A stretch of 64,000 nt of DNA from positions 558,001-622,000 of the forward strand of contig OZ024748.1 of the NCBI GenBank assembly GCA_964016885.1, in the 5' to 3' direction. The notes beneath the pieces were generated by a model that saw only the letters and a list, made by a program, of their open reading frames with translations, did not search any database and was not told where the DNA came from. The DNA is from Eledone cirrhosa (Eukaryota). A program made the translations under genes and the position numbers. Below are positions 12,267 through 24,406 of this stretch, in pieces. The first letter of the stretch is position 1. Each line of letters begins with the position of its first letter.

Positions 12267-12945
12267 AACTGTATGCCTTTCCTGTCATCAACCACTTTAC
12301 ACCATCTACTGCTGGGATGGGGGTAGCTTATGTCCACCTCGTCCCTCTTTATCCAAAGAGAGTTTTTAGTTAACTCATTAAGTAATTTTTTTATTAAAAA
12401 AAACAATCTCACGTTGACAAAACCGGAATAACTTTCCCTTGGTGTCGAAATATCCAAGGGAAGCTACTCTGTTTATAATAAGTTATTTTATTTTAGAAAG
12501 CTCTTTATACAAAAACAATAAAGGGAGTAAAGAAAAAAGGAACATGAAAAGAAGAAAAAGAAAATGAAGGAGGAACTAGCTGTTGAAACGGCAAGAGTTC
12601 AGCTGTCGAGGTCCCAACTCTTTATAATATAAACATACTCTACTATCCCAAACATTGAGTACTCTGTTGTGTAATGGACTAACCAGTCTAAAACTAGCTC
12701 TATCCTGATATATAATATATTTATATATATAGACATATTTTTATCATCATTATCGTTTATCAAATCCCGCCGAGGTTGACTTTGCCTTTCATCCTTACGG
12801 GGTCGATAAAATAAAGTACCAGTAATGTACTGGATAATTGCTGGCCTTGTGCCTAAAGTAGAAACAATTATCGTTTAACGTTCACTTTCCAAGCTACCAT
12901 GGGTTATACTATATATATATGATGTTATTTTGTTCATTTTTTCAG

Positions 12946-12984
12946 TTAATGTAACTCACCAAGAATCATCCCAAAATAATACTG
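12946..12984 (+). CDS. ACP7: Candidate 39-nt microexon of ACP7 (GC donor)
   Basis: Pyrimidine tract + TTCAG acceptor; phase 1-1, no stop; encodes VNVTHQESSQNNT; donor G|GCAAGT. Confidence 0.55.
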
Positions 12985-13619
12985 GCAAGTTTCTAATGAC
13001 TTTCTCCATTTCTTTGGAAAGCTTTATATTTAATTTTTTAATTCCAAAAAACCTACATTTTCCCATGGTTCTTCTTATATGTTTCTCTGCCACAACAATT
13101 TCGTCATCACCAAAATCAGAACCCTTCTTTTGCTTCCTTTTTATTTATCTTTTTTCTTTTTTTTTTTTTTTGGTAATTTAATTTTAATTTATCATTAGTT
13201 TAATGATATTAATCAACAATTTATTTCACTGATTTAAATCCTGTTTTTTTTTTTTTATAATCACCTCCTGTCCACTAGAGTAGCAGACTTAATCTGTCAC
13301 CCAGTTTAACACCACCACCTGGCCATTGGGTGTCTTTAGCAGAGTATACTAGTGTGAAAGATTTAATTTGTCATCACGTTTGGTCCCTGGGGTGTCTTTA
13401 GTGGCATCAACAATAGTAGTAGACTTAATCTGTCACCCAGTTTAACACCACCACCTGGTCCTTGGATGACTATAATGGTGTCTACTAGGGAGGCAGACTT
13501 AATCTGTCACATTACAACCTGATCTGTGGGTGTCTAATAGTGTCGACTAGAGTGGTAGATTTAATGTCATCAACAACCAACAATTGGTTGTCTTTAAAAG
13601 AAGTGACAATGGGAATTTG

Positions 13620-13803
13620 ATGGATTGGCAGTATCGGTAGAGGGTCGGACGCCATGCTTTCCAGCATAGTTACGTCCCTTTACGATCTGAGTTCAAATCC
13701 CGCCGAGGTTGACTTTGCCTTTCATCCTTACGGGGTCGATAAAATAAAGTACCAGTAATGCACTGGATAATTGCTGGCCTTGTGCCTAAAGTAGAAACAA
13801 TTA
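13620..13803 (+). mobile_element. tRNA-derived CORE-type SINE (young subfamily)
   Basis: Nearly identical to the reverse complement of 46148-46335. Confidence 0.85.
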
Positions 13804-13979
13804 TGTCCAGACCTAATATATATGTATGTATATATTTATTTATGTCTCATACATATGAGTGGGAAATTGAGGTGTCTCCCACTGACTAAGAAACATGCTA
13901 ATGTCTATCATACACGATTTTTTTTTTTTTTTCTACATAAAAATTCATGTCTGTGTGTTTTCCTATTTTCATATTTCAG

Positions 13980-14021
13980 TTGATAATTCCATATTTGATG
14001 ACACTTTTAATAATAATACTG
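13980..14021 (+). CDS. ACP7: Candidate 42-nt microexon of ACP7 (GC donor)
   Basis: TTTCAG acceptor; phase 1-1, no stop; encodes VDNSIFDDTFNNNT; donor G|GCAAGT; shares AATAATACTGGCAAGTTT with 12946-12984. Confidence 0.55.
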
Positions 14022-14285
14022 GCAAGTTTGTTGTTTGGTTATTATATATTTTGAGGGTTGTTTTTTTATTTTAATATTTTTCTTTTTCTTAATCATTTTG
14101 TTACCATATTTGTAATGAAAGACACTGATGGATGATTTAAAAATAATTTTGAAAATAATTAATAACATTTGAAGAGATTTAGTAATATAACTAACTTGTT
14201 CATTGTTAAGATAGAGTTTGGAACGTAAATATAAGTTCTTACAAAAAAATTATCATGGACAGTTTTTAGATAAATATAAACACTC

Positions 14286-14513
14286 TAACCCTTTACCATT
14301 CAAACTGGTTGTATCTGGCCAGAATTCTCTCACCTCTCTCTGTTCAAACTGGCCACAGCCGGCCTCTCATACTGATGTTAAAGTATTGTTCTCAAAGTAG
14401 ATAATATCAAAATCTCATAGATTTGATATTATGTGAGATAATTATGTAAGATAAAGTGTTTGCTATGAAAATACAATTGTAAATACAGAGTAATGTAATT
14501 GCTAAAGGGTTAA
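14286..14513. mobile_element. piggyBac-type MITE
   Basis: Same family as 10521-10736; right end CTAAAGGG-TTAA. Confidence 0.75.
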
Positions 14514-14783
14514 ATTAATCAAACTCTATTATATCAAAGAACCAGTGACATTTCAGTCCGTTTGATAACAAAAGCCTTATATATTATTTATATTTCTTTT
14601 TCTCTTTTTCTTACATGAAATATATGCATTTTTATTCATGTTTGTTTTTAAAGTTCATGTTTTGTTTTTTAGATTAATATTACTTAATTCTTTTAATCCT
14701 TCTATGTTTTATGCATGTATCTACTGATGTGTTGTGTTAAACTATTATATTAACTTTATACAGTTATCTTCTCTACCTTATGA

Positions 14784-15001
14784 TTAACCCTTTAGCATAT
14801 AAACTGGCCATATCCAGCCAGAATTCTCTCACTTCGTTCTGTTCAAACCGGTCATAACTGGTCGTACTGAGACACTTAAACCGATGTTAAGGTATTGTTC
14901 TAAAAAATAAATATCAAAATCTCGTAAATTCGATATTATGTGAGCCTTTTCTGTGAAAATACGATAGTAAATATAGAGTAATGTGAATGCTAAAGGGTTA
15001 A
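14784..15001. mobile_element. piggyBac-type MITE
   Basis: TTAA-CCCTTTAGCAT ... TGCTAAAGGG-TTAA. Confidence 0.8.
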
Positions 15002-15168
15002 AAAAGAAATCTGTTGGTATAACTCTTCTACTTAAACTAAACCATTGCATTCATTTTGTTCCCTGTTTTTTTTTTTTAACTCGGTGTATTCTGAGTTCGA
15101 ATCCCACCCCATTCTGCCAGGAGATGGGCCTGGCAGATAGTATGAGTAATGGAGTGACCATTAGAAAG

Positions 15169-15360
15169 ATTATTTCTTTGGCTCAATCTGGTGATCAACT
15201 TCTTTCCTTGGCTCAATCTGATGATCAACTTCTTTCTTTGGCTCAATCTGATGATCAACTTCTTTCCTTGGCTCAATCTGATGATCAACTTCTTTCCTTG
15301 GCTCAATCTGATGATCAACTTCGTTCCTTGCCTCAATCTGGTGATCGACTTCTTTCCTTT
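15169..15360. repeat. 30-bp tandem repeat, ~6 copies
   Basis: Unit GCTCAATCTGATGATCAACTTCTTTCCTTG. Confidence 0.92.
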
Positions 15361-16319
15361 TTCCTCTTTCCTCTTTCACTCATACTTTAACAAATATTTC
15401 TCTTCTTCCACATGAAACTCTCTCTTTGATTAGTTAAGACATTTGGTACCTTCTCTCTCTTGAAATGTCTTTTGGCCTTCCTGTCTTAATATATCGAATG
15501 TTTCTTGTACTTTTAATATAAATGATTCTCTGTCATCATCATCATCACTGTTTTACATCTATTTTCCATGCTTGAATGGCTAAGATGAGGTCAGATAGAT
15601 CAAGTGACTCTGTATCACTAGATGAGCTGTCACATTATGAGGTCAGATAGATCAAATGTCTCCATATTGCTCATGCGTTCCGTTTTGGGCTTGGTTTCCA
15701 ATGCTTGATGTTCTTCCTAATGCTTACCACTTCACAGTGTGTATCTTATGTGCATTTTATAATGGCACCACTACTGCCGCTTTACAGAGTGAACAGGGTG
15801 CATTTTATTGTGGCACCAGCACTACTTTATAGAGTGGGCTGGGTGCATTTATTGTGGCACCAGCTCTAACACTTTACAGAGTGAATAGGGTGCATTTCGT
15901 TGTGGCACCATCACTACCACTTTACATAGTGGGCTGGGTGCATTTATTGTGACACCATCACTACCACTTTTCAACACTAGGGGGCACTCAGTGTGTCCTA
16001 GGTAAAGCTGTGGGAGGCAGTGATATGGAGTGGGGAGTGGATAGACTACATGCCGCTTGATGTGGAAGGAGGTTAGAGAGAGAAGTGGCTTTAAAGAATG
16101 ACATCTGGTGGCACAACATTGTAGGGTTGTACCTGTCTTTCTGTGCTGGCATAAAGCTGAGAATTCAGGGGTGTGAATAGAGAACTTCTACGCATGTATC
16201 ATTAGGCCAATTTCACTTAGAATAAGACAATTGCAGAAGGTGCCATGCAGTAAGATCAAGCTTGACACCTGTTATAACCATTATTTCTTAAATTACATTT
16301 CTATTTCTTTGTATTACAG

Positions 16320-16909
16320 GTAATTGGACGGCGTTTCGCCAAAGTTGGGCATCCCTGAACAGCTACGGAAGGTTCACAGTGTTTAATAGCACCCATATGT
16401 TTTGGGAGCAGATACAGAATGGTACAGATTTAGACAGTGTTTGGATCATTAAAGAAGAACATGTGAAAAACAATGTCAGCAAAGAACTCCAGCAGAAAGT
16501 GATAAAATCTGTGATGGAAAAACTGGCAACGACCACAAAGAAAACGACGAAAGCATCTGCACCAGAAGGAGAAGCTGTGTCAGATGGCGACACTAAGACA
16601 GCAGCTAAGGGCTCGAAGAGTTCAGTTTCATCGTCACCATTCTTGAAGGGCAAACGAAGCCAGACTTTGATAATTTGTTTGTCTGCGGTGGGAGGGTTGG
16701 TGTTGATTCTCATAACAATCCTCATGATCATTAGAAACAACCGGAATAAGATGAAGCCGGTCAGTTCTTGGAATGAGGCAGGTTTCGTGAAGAGGAGCTT
16801 CTATCGTAACATTAAGAATTTGGAAAATGAGCTGATGACAGAGGAACTGGACATGAATGATGGTTCGTTACCAACATCAAAGTTGTTATCAGAGAATATG
16901 GACATCTAA
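16320..16909 (+). CDS. ACP7: ACP7-like terminal coding exon with stalk, transmembrane helix and cytosolic tail
   Basis: TTACAG acceptor; phase fits the 10973 donor; GNWTAFRQSWASLNSYGRFTVFNSTHMFWEQIQNGTDLDSVWIIK resembles the ACP7 C-terminal domain (WSA.R..YG....N.TH....Q....D.VW); then K/S/T-rich stalk, LIICLSAVGGLVLILITILMII, tail and TAA stop. Confidence 0.88.
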
Positions 16910-17067
16910 TTGAAATATGTATATAAACATATACATTTCCCTCCCAAACACACACACACTGTCTTCCCCGCCTCTTCCATCATCTCTGTGAGTCTCTATA
17001 TCTATCTATCTCTCTCTATATATATTTATATATACACACACACACAAACAAATTCATTGTTTTTCTT

Positions 17068-17159
<92 letters not shown>

Positions 17160-17962
17160 CACCTCACCTCTTCATCCCCCTCTTCTGCAAGTCCATCAGT
17201 CTAGGTCAGAGAAAATTGATTTGTTTAGATTTGATAACCTTTATCACAAACTTCGCCCCAAACCCCGTATATGATACCAGAATAATATATTCATCAGAGG
17301 AGTGTGTTGTTGAGAGTTTTTCAAGCTTTATCTTCCTTGGTACACAAAGCCAACATCATGCTATATCTACTCCTATTTATGTGCCATATGGTACCCCATA
17401 AAATTCTTCAAACGCTTTCAATTTGTGTTGGAGTAGGGCAGAAAATTGGCATAATCAATATCTACTTATTTATTGATTTCAACAGAAAAGATTTCTTCCC
17501 CAAATTTCAAACAATCTATTTATATTTTCCTATTGTAAATTAGCTATTTTTCTGGCTAGGAAATGGTGCCTTGGATTTCATATTTTATTTCTCAGAACTT
17601 CAAAACATGATTTAATCAGATGATTAAGTCTACCTAAGTTAGTGTTAATGCTGTTGCTGCTGCTGCTGCTGCTGCTGGTGGTGGTGATAGGGCAGGCATT
17701 GCTGGTGGTGGTGTTAGTGGTAAACCAAAAATAGATGAAATGGAAGGATTTTCTGGTGTGTTTGTTTTATTTTTTAATTTTATTTATTTAAAAAAATGAG
17801 GAATATTACTTGAGATTCTGTTGTGTGTTGTGTTGAGTTATTAAAAATCTTAATTTCGGAATAAGTGAACTATTTAATTTTTTCACAGAACCAAATTGTT
17901 TCTCACTTTCTCAAGATTTTCTAAAAATTGCTGCAGTAAATATATATATATTGAAGTAAACG

Positions 17963-18014
<52 letters not shown>

Positions 18015-18556
18015 AAGTAAACGAGGTCTCGTTAATACTTGGAATAAACCCTACTGTATAGGTTATCCATGTTATTCTTCATTATATATATAAAGTATCT
18101 CAAGATTTCAAGAAATTGTGATATATAATATAATATATAGTTGAGTGATTTTGTATTACAAAAGAATGAGCCCCAGATATGAAAACAGAGATAATATATA
18201 TATATATATATATATTTAATTCTTGCTATTAGTAATATATTCAAAATATTGTACAGTTATTTCTTTAGTCTATTACTAATACCATCTATTAATATATAAA
18301 AGCCGTCCCCCAAAATTTCTTTTTTGTGAGTTTTCTTTTTGTTGTTATTGTTCTTTTTCTTCTTCCTCCGAGGGTGGTGGGGGCAGAGTCTTCAAACACT
18401 CCCTCCAATAGATAATAACAACAATCATTTTAACCCTTTTGATACTATCCCAGCTAAAACCAGCTCAGGTTTTATGAAACAAAACAACCCATTTTAAAGG
18501 GTTTCTATTTAAATGAAATAGGGGCTTAGTTTATCAAATTAAATTCCTTATAATGT

Positions 18557-18587
<31 letters not shown>

Positions 18588-18674
18588 TATTTCCATAGAA
18601 AAGGTAAAGGAAAGAAGAGTGCTCTATGTAAAGTACAGAGCTATTTAATTATGTAATAAACAACACAGTATGAT

Positions 18675-18748
18675 TATTCCATTACCAAAGGTTTCAAGAA
18701 ACTAGTCGATCCTTACAGAAACGTCCAGCTCGTTCATCAGATGAAACA
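18675..18748 (-). ncRNA. Candidate hammerhead ribozyme in a small foldback element (~18649-18790)
   Basis: Minus strand: stem I TGTTTCAT/ATGGAATA; CTGATGA; imperfect stem II; GAAA; stem III A-CC-TTT-GG-T; H=A. Confidence 0.6.
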
Positions 18749-19508
18749 GTTAACTAATGGAATAATTATATTGTGTTGTTTATTATATATATATATATTA
18801 TTTATGTTCATATACAGAACAAAAGTGCTACCTAAGGTTTTAAAGGTCCAATGTAGACCATATCTCCAGACTGTATGATGGATCAACATTGTGAAGTATG
18901 GTGAATATTGAACCCTTAGGTATGAACATAAATCTATTATGAAAAATATTGTGCACTACAACTCATCAAAGGTCCATGTATAGTACATATATATATATAT
19001 ATATATATAGTGCAAATTTAGACGGGAACAAAACAGAGAGGCAGACACATAAAGGTTTATTAGGTTCACGCTCTTGAGAATATATTATAATAATAATGAT
19101 TTCTTTATTGGCCACAGGTGCTGAGGTGCACTACAATCATCAAAGATGCTTGTACATATATATATATACATAGTTAGTACCACAGCCATCACTTGCAATC
19201 AAAGATGACTTGTTACGTCTACCATACTTCTGGTAGTGATTGTAGATGCTTACCATGTCATGAGTACACACACACTCATATGCACACACCCTCTCATACA
19301 CACACACCTCCTACTGTTCAATAGTCCCATTCCCAATAATTCTTCCAGAATTTTCCATAATCACCTCAATATATTGATTATCATAATGTATTGATTACAG
19401 TATGGATCACCATGTCTTGATTACCTGAATGTATTGAACACTTATTGATCACTTCATCTATTAACATCTTTCTTCTGACATAATCTCATTCAGCTATAAA
19501 AATATTTA

Positions 19509-19522
19509 AATAAATTAATAAA
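19509..19522 (+). terminator. Tandem AATAAA polyadenylation signals, possible ACP7 3' end
   Basis: AATAAA at 19509 and 19517 followed by a T/GT-rich downstream tract; ~2.6 kb after the stop codon. AATAAA is common in AT-rich DNA. Confidence 0.4.
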
Positions 19523-21081
19523 ACAAGGATTTCTCTTGGTTTTTATTTTGTGTTTGTGTTAGTGTGTGTGTGTGTGTTATAACTTGTGTGTGTTGGTGTG
19601 TTATATCTTGTGTATGTGTTGATGTGTGTCTGTTAATGTATGTAAGATTTCACAGCTTTAGCATCATACTTGCATAGTCAGTCTATAAACTTTTCAGCCG
19701 ACTCGTATATTTCAAGTTGATATATTTGTCAAAGTCTCTTCTGCAAGGAATTTACCAAGGGAAGTAACTATGTACAAACATAGCATCGCTGTGCGTTACC
19801 TCCCTTGTAATTACCAATCTTTGTTCTTCTTTTCATTCGTTTGTTTTATTTTATTTTACAAAGGTGTTTGTACAAAAACAAAACACACTTATTAAAGGGA
19901 ACAACAACAAAAATAGAAAAAAAAGAATCAAGAAACGGAAGAGTGGGAGTGAGAAGTATTACACACCAGTCTGAGCGGTACCTCAGCCGTGGCAAATGTA
20001 TTGTTTACTCAAATATAATGTTAGAGGTTTTCCACTGCTCCTCGCGATATCGTCATCTTTTGTTCTGACAGCGGTTCGTTTGTCCACTCTTTCGCCTGCC
20101 TCTTGTTGTATGTGGTCCTAGATGTGTGTATTACCAGCTTGTGTGTTCTAAGTCTTAACTAAACACTTTGAGGCAAGCTAATACACTCGCAGTATTGCCA
20201 CAGGTGACGGCGAAGCTAAGGCGTTGTTTACAATACTGGGTTTGTTCTTTCTCTCTCTCTGACATTTCTCATTCCGCATAACCCAAATCGTTATCACACA
20301 ATATTGATGATGTTAGGAAGAGATACGAACGAGTTAGATACGTTTGTGTTGTTGTGGTTATTGTTTAGCTCCAGACCAGTCCTGTGTAGTCTACTTGGAT
20401 AGTAGACTTAATCCATTGCCCAGTTAAACACCACCGCTCGGACTTAGAGTTCTTTTAGAGCGGTTCACTCACTCTGTTGTAGGCGTTTGTACCAGGTTTC
20501 TTGTTTGGGGATGTCTTCATAAAACACACACAAACATTCACACATACATAGGCTCTCGCTCTCTCTCTATCTCTCTCACGCACACGCATATATATATATA
20601 TATATAACCATTATCATCAACAGACGTTAAATGATGTATACATGCATACACTCCCGTGCACACATAAACACACATATTTACATTCAAACACGCATGAAAA
20701 TCCCTACCCCTCAACCACCACCTAGTATTCAACAGGCTGTGTACCATATCACCAGCAGTCTTACGCTTGACTGCACAAATCAAACACAAATGCTAGGAAT
20801 CGCCCAGCAAAACCTACTCCAGCACCAATAACAATAACAACACCTACAATATCACCACCAACGACGACAACAACAATAATAATAACAACGCCAATAACAA
20901 CACCAACAACAACACTAACTCCACTCGAGCCTTCTATCTCCCTCAATCCAAATAGTTGATCTAATGAATAACAGATGAAACTGTGGAATGGAGCAACAGA
21001 CAAGACTGGAAGGAGAGAGAGGAAGGATTGAGAGTGAAGGAGGAGAATTTTGTTATGGTAACATCAACATCTTACCCCCTG

Positions 21082-21161
<80 letters not shown>

Positions 21162-21235
21162 GCCTTCAGGAACGATTTAAGTTTTAAATTCTACTTCGGT
21201 ATTGAGTACTCATTTCTCTCGTCCATCGACTACAT

Positions 21236-21277
<42 letters not shown>

Positions 21278-21647
21278 TTACACACGCACATATACATATA
21301 CACACACACACACATATATATATGTGTGTAAATGTGGTTGGTGTTAGGAAGGGCATCCGGCCATGGAAAACCTGCCATTGACAGCTCTGTACGAGAGAGA
21401 ACGGTATTCCGACCAATCCCACATCAAGTGAAACAAAACCGTCTAACCCATGCTAGTGTGGAAGATGGATGTTAAATGATGATGATGATGATGATGATGA
21501 TGATATATGTGTGTGTGTATATATATCATCGTCATCGTTTAACGTCTATCTTCCACACTAGCATGGGTTAGACGGGAATTGTCCCACTTGAGACAAGAAT
21601 GATCTGGTGACTGTGTCTCGCTTGTATTGGAATATATATATATGCAT

Positions 21648-21678
<31 letters not shown>

Positions 21679-22639
21679 ATGTAAGAGGTGAGTTTTATTG
21701 TAGAACAATAAAGCAATGCAGATATCAGATAAATAGCACTCAATATATATATATATATAGGTATGTATATACATATAAAAACTGATTATAGCATAAGTGC
21801 ATAAGTACTCTCCTAAAACAACAATGTAAAGTTATTAAACAGACATTGGTCAACTCCGAAGATAAGTGGCTGAGTGCTCCACAGACAATAATGGCCACTT
21901 ATTCAAAACATGGACACAGCCTGCTCATGAAGTTAACATGAAAGTGGCTGAGTATTCCACAGACAATAAAGGCCAAATATCAAAACTGATTAATTGTCCA
22001 AAATCAACCTCTATTGATTAATCAGGAAAATGGTGGACCCCAATTATCTCACGATTAATCAGTGTAGAACTATATATATGCTACACATCTGGTATGGGCC
22101 CTAGGGGGGGGGGGATATAATCAACAAAGGTTACTGTAATCAATAATGTAATGCAAGCTAATTATGTAGACATTGCTTGTGGTGGTGTTGGTGGTGAAAG
22201 CAGTGATGGTTCTGGTGGTTGAAGTTGTGGTTGTTGGTGGTAGTGGTGATGGTGGCAATGGTGGTGGTGGTGGTGGCAGTGTTGTTGGTGGTGATGGTGG
22301 TGGCTGTAGTAGTGATGGTGATGCTGGCAGTGTTGGTTGTGGTGGTGGTAGCAGTGGCTGTAGTAGTGGTGGTGGTAGTGGTGGTGACAGTGGTAGGGGT
22401 GGCAGTAGCTGTGGTTGTGGTGACAGTACAGTAATGGTGTAGAACATAAAGAACAGTTTGTTATCCATGCCACATTATCCACTGTTTATCTGTCTACTAT
22501 GGTTCCTAGAGCTGGAATTTGATAAATTCTATCTTGTTCATACACAGACATTGGTTTTGTGCGTGTATATATATATACATATATATTATATACGTGTGGG
22601 TGTGTGTATATATAATATATCATCAATATATATATATAT

Positions 22640-23325
22640 GCATGATGCGTGTATACGAACAGCAATGTTACATGGTAGTGAGACCTGGGTGTTGTCTGTA
22701 GAATACTTGTGTAGATTAGAAAGAAACGAAGCCTGCATGCTCCGATGGATGTGTAATAGTAATATACGCGAACGGCAAAGCATAAACGAATTGAGAGAGA
22801 GACTGAGCATAAGAGGAATCAAATGCTGTGTGCAGGAGAGGAGGTTGTGGTGGTATGGACATGTGATGCGTATGAAGAATGACAGCTGCATAAAAAGGTG
22901 CAGAGCAGTAGAAGTCGATTGGAAAACACGGAGTGGGGAGACCCAAGAAGACCTGGGATGAGGTGATAAAAGCCGACCTTACCCAATTACACCTCTCAAA
23001 GGCGATGACACATGACCGTGACCTCTGGCGTCATGCAGTAATACAGAACACCCGACGCCCCACGGGCACAAGCCGAAGCATATAGACAATATGCCCCCAG
23101 CTCCTCTCACTGCAAAGTGGTCGTGGAGGTGCCACGGCAAAAAAGCACCCAGCACTCACTGTAAATGAGGTTGGTGTTAGGAAGGGCATCCAGCTGTAGA
23201 AATCAAGCCAGAATCAGTTCCCGTATGAGCAAGACAAGGTCAGCCGACCGGACTCTGCCCACAACAGGACAACCCGTCTAACCCATGCTTGCGTGGAAGA
23301 ACGGACGTAAAATGGTGATGATGAT
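22640..23325 (+). mobile_element. 5'-truncated RTE LINE (family D)
   Basis: [15 protein letters not shown]...[12 protein letters not shown]; matches the reverse complement of ~2760-3490; (GAT)n tail. Confidence 0.88.
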
Positions 23326-23329
23326 GACA

Positions 23330-24390
23330 CTAATACCAACAGCACCACCATCAACACTAACACCAGCACCACCACCACAACCATCACCACCAACAACAAC
23401 AACACTATCACCACCACAAACAACAACACTATCACCATCACCAAGAACAACAACAGCACAATCACCACCACCACGAACAACAACAACACAATCATCACCA
23501 ACAACAACAACACTATCAACAACAACAACAGCACAATCACCACCACCAACAACAACACTATCACCCCCACCACAACACTATCACCATCAACAACACAATC
23601 ACCACCAACAACAACGATATCACCACCACCACGAACAACAACACAATCACTACCAACAACAACAACACTATCACCACCAACACTTTCACCCCCCCCCCCA
23701 CCAACAACAACAACACAATCACTACCAACAACAACAACACTATCACCACCAACAATAACACTATCACCCCCCCCACCATCAACAACACTATCACCACCAA
23801 TAACAATATCACCCCCACCACCACCAACAGCACTATCACCCCCACCACCAACAACACTATCACCCCCATCAACAACACTATCACCAACAACAACAGCACT
23901 ATCACCCCCACCATCAACAACAACGCTATCACCACCAACAACACTATTACCCCCACCATCAACAACACTATCACCACCAACAACACTATCACCCCCACCA
24001 TCAACAACACTATCACCCCCACCATCAACAACACTATCACCAACAACAACACTATCACCCCCACCATCAACAACACTATCACCACCAACAACACTATCAC
24101 CCCCACCACCAACAACACTATCACCACCAACAACACTATCACCCCCACCATCAACAACACTATCACCCCCACCATCAACAACACTATCACCCCCACCACC
24201 AACAACACTATCACCCCCACCATCAACAACACTATCACCACCAACAACACTATCACCCCCACCACCAACAACACTATCACCCCCACCAACAACAACACTA
24301 TCACCACCAACAACACTATCACCCCCACCATCAACAACACTATCACCAACAACAACACTATCACCCCCACCACCACCACTAACAACAAGA
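23330..24390. repeat. CAA/CAC-rich minisatellite (AACAACACTATCACCCCCACC-type units)
   Basis: 21-24-bp degenerate units; source of spurious ORFs 23214..24455 and 23561..24406. Confidence 0.9.
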
Positions 24391-24406
24391 CCATGACTAT
24401 ATTCAC

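Noticed and set aside
13620-13710. tRNA gene
   Set aside because: A/B boxes belong to a multi-copy SINE head; no full cloverleaf.
15169-15360. CRISPR-like or hammerhead array (contains CTGATGA)
   Set aside because: Contiguous 30-bp tandem units with no spacers, no GAAA/stem architecture and no cas genes; eukaryotic DNA.
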